Below, one piece after another: positions 61,928 through 64,000 of a DNA stretch of 64,000 nt. Made by a program: the position numbers and the translations under genes. The notes beneath the pieces were generated by a model. It did no database searches. It saw nothing but the letters and a program-made list of their open reading frames with translations, and was not told where the DNA came from. Source of the stretch: Phoronis australis. Its lineage: Eukaryota > Animalia > Phoronida. Position 1 is the first letter of the stretch; each line of letters begins with the position of its first letter. The stretch covers positions 107,342-171,341 of the forward strand of contig NMRA01000600.1 in the NCBI GenBank assembly GCA_002633005.1, read 5' to 3'.

Positions 61928-64000
61928 CAATGTATAGCCGCTAAACAGCTACTGAACTACCTGACGTTTGACCTATCCATGCGTTCATCTAGTTGGGAAA
62001 GCATGAGGCATGGCGCTAATTGTCACGTAGCAAATAAAAGTGTTTACGGGATTTATATTGCACTCAGTGTCAATTTGTTTACTCCTTACACGACTTTGGC
62101 TACTAAAATTAAATACTTATAATATTATAAAAGCTGTCTGTTTAACAATGAAATGAAAACTTCTATGCACGGATAAAAACAAACGCCATGAAACACACAC
62201 GCAATGAGGTAGTCGCCTACGACTATAAGCTTAGGCGCAGGCGTCTATATCGCGTAGATCTCACGGAAACGCTTGATATCATTGGGGAGCTAACACGAGG
62301 TGCATGGGTATAAGAAGTTTGACAGTTACTATCAACATTCGGCTCTCTTTCCAGAGACGAAGTGATATATTGTCAGACCTTCATACACTAGTACTTCATG
62401 TCCAAACCAAAACCGGCAGACCTATGTGGACGCCCCCATCTGTCTTTAATATCACGTGCTCGTTCCCATAATTTCATTCCATCGATTTGTTTACAGTGCC
62501 ATCCTCTTTAAAGCAAGCACGATATTTTTTCAGTAATCACACACGCAGCCACGTCTCCCGGGCTCATGGAATCAAGTCGACTGACTTCGTCTTTCGTCCA
62601 AGATATTTTCAAGTAAGCATACAGCGCATTATTGATGAGGCATGCACAGATGGTGTTCACGTCTGAGTAAGGTACAGTTCTTAATGGCTTTAAAAAGTTC
62701 TCAGTTGTGTGTTTTGTTACGTGTTGTTATGAGGAGAATTTTTGAAAGATACTTAATTTGTTTTCCGCACTTTAGGAAACCAATCCATGTTGAAACTTTA
62801 ACTTCTTTAAGCTCATAAAATGTTAAGTTCACGAAATTTTGAAATTTAAATTTAGGAACTTTACAAAGACCTATTTTTATTATAAACAAAAATTTAGGTG
62901 AACATTTTTAATAATTTGTTGGTAGGTTAAACGTGGAAGATTGTCACTGAAACTGATCAGAAAAAGTAACCTATGATATGTATACGTATATCCACTGGTT
63001 TCGTGACGGCGGGGAACAGAAACGACTGTGGTCATTAAAAACCGTGTTTGTATCCATTAGTTTTAAACATGTCTCCCAATAACGCTTTTACACTCGCGAC
63101 ATTTAGCGACTAAGCTGACGAGGTACAACAATGAATGTTAAATCTACAATCAACAGTACTTAAACAAATACTTTTAAGCAGTCATATTCCATCAAATGAG
63201 TTGTCAAGATTTTGAATATAGCACGTGAATAAATGCGCCTTCCGACATGACGCCAAACGGTAGGCTGCTGTATCGTTTGCGCCCAGTCGACAAAACTGCA
63301 CCCTTTGACAAGTGTTATTGAGATAATGAACAGATAAATATCTCAACACCGTTCATCAGTTGGAATCAAATCACATTCAAAAACTAAGTTGCTAACCCTG
63401 GCAATACTGGTAAGTTACCACTTTTGTTTGAGAAAAGTTAGGTAATTTGACAAATAAGAACCTAATCGACAACAAGTCGAATCGAATTCCAAAAATCATA
63501 TGTACCATTTCACTTCTCACAAAATCCCTATTTTCGGTTTGGTACAATTTAATGTATGCATTCATGTTTCTTAACCTGGCTTAGATGACATCATGTGTGT
63601 GTATACATGTTTCCCGACCTGGCTTAGGTGACGTCACATGTTTCTTAAAGTCCTTCTCTCACGCGTTGTTAACCCTTATTACATGGTTAGAGGATGTTAT
63701 AAGGATCCAAGAAGTACTTACCCCATAACTAATACACAATCTGTACTCGGAAAAAGTTTAAATGGGCGCGCCACTCACGATTCGCACCCGAAGAACCACC
63801 GCCATTTTGAACTTGCCGCGAACCCGGAAGTACAATTCATTCAGGAACCCAGGCCGAGAAAACGCCGTCAGTGCGACTGGAGCAGTGCCTGTACTGTTAC
63901 CAGCCAGCAAACGGGGGTGAAATAATCGACAGCGCGCCTTAATTTTAATAAAATCAAACTACGGACAATTTTATCGAATTTGCTGAAGAAATGTGGCGAA

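Larger units (their letters stand above)
59382..63645 (+). repeat. Old segmental duplication, copy 2
   Basis: Shared anchors include ttgcgttctcaagag, catggcgctaattgtcacg, gtctcccgggctcatg and tccgacatgacgccaa. This copy carries its own insertions. Confidence 0.9.

Noticed and set aside
63669-64000. piggyBac-like left end (TTAA|CCCT); also at 45412 and 48467
   Set aside because: Only an 8-bp signal with no matching right end visible in the window.

Overview
Eukaryotic, AT-rich, repeat-dense genomic DNA. It resembles a marine invertebrate (inference from GT-AG introns, an abundant TACATGTA motif and CR1/L2, Penelope, hAT and MULE repeats). The only intact genes I can support are two tandem + strand paralogs of an uncharacterised type II membrane, GT-A-fold (DxD) glycosyltransferase-like protein. 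Gene A has exons 21807-22172 and 30059-30908; gene B has exons 50384-50731 and 52614-53370. The first coding exon is unresolved in both. The rest is decayed or nested mobile DNA: a Penelope element with a degenerate hammerhead motif inside a ~110-bp satellite, two CR1/L2-type LINEs, THAP, hAT and Gypsy remnants, and many MITEs, several with clear target-site duplications (TSDs). An old segmental duplication links 1-3.9 kb with 59.4-63.6 kb. Two single-N joins (12818, 47420) appear to concatenate alternative haplotypes, revealing ~3-kb and ~1-kb deletion polymorphisms. No prokaryotic system or CRISPR array is supported. Everything was read by eye, and repeat boundaries are approximate unless a TSD is quoted.
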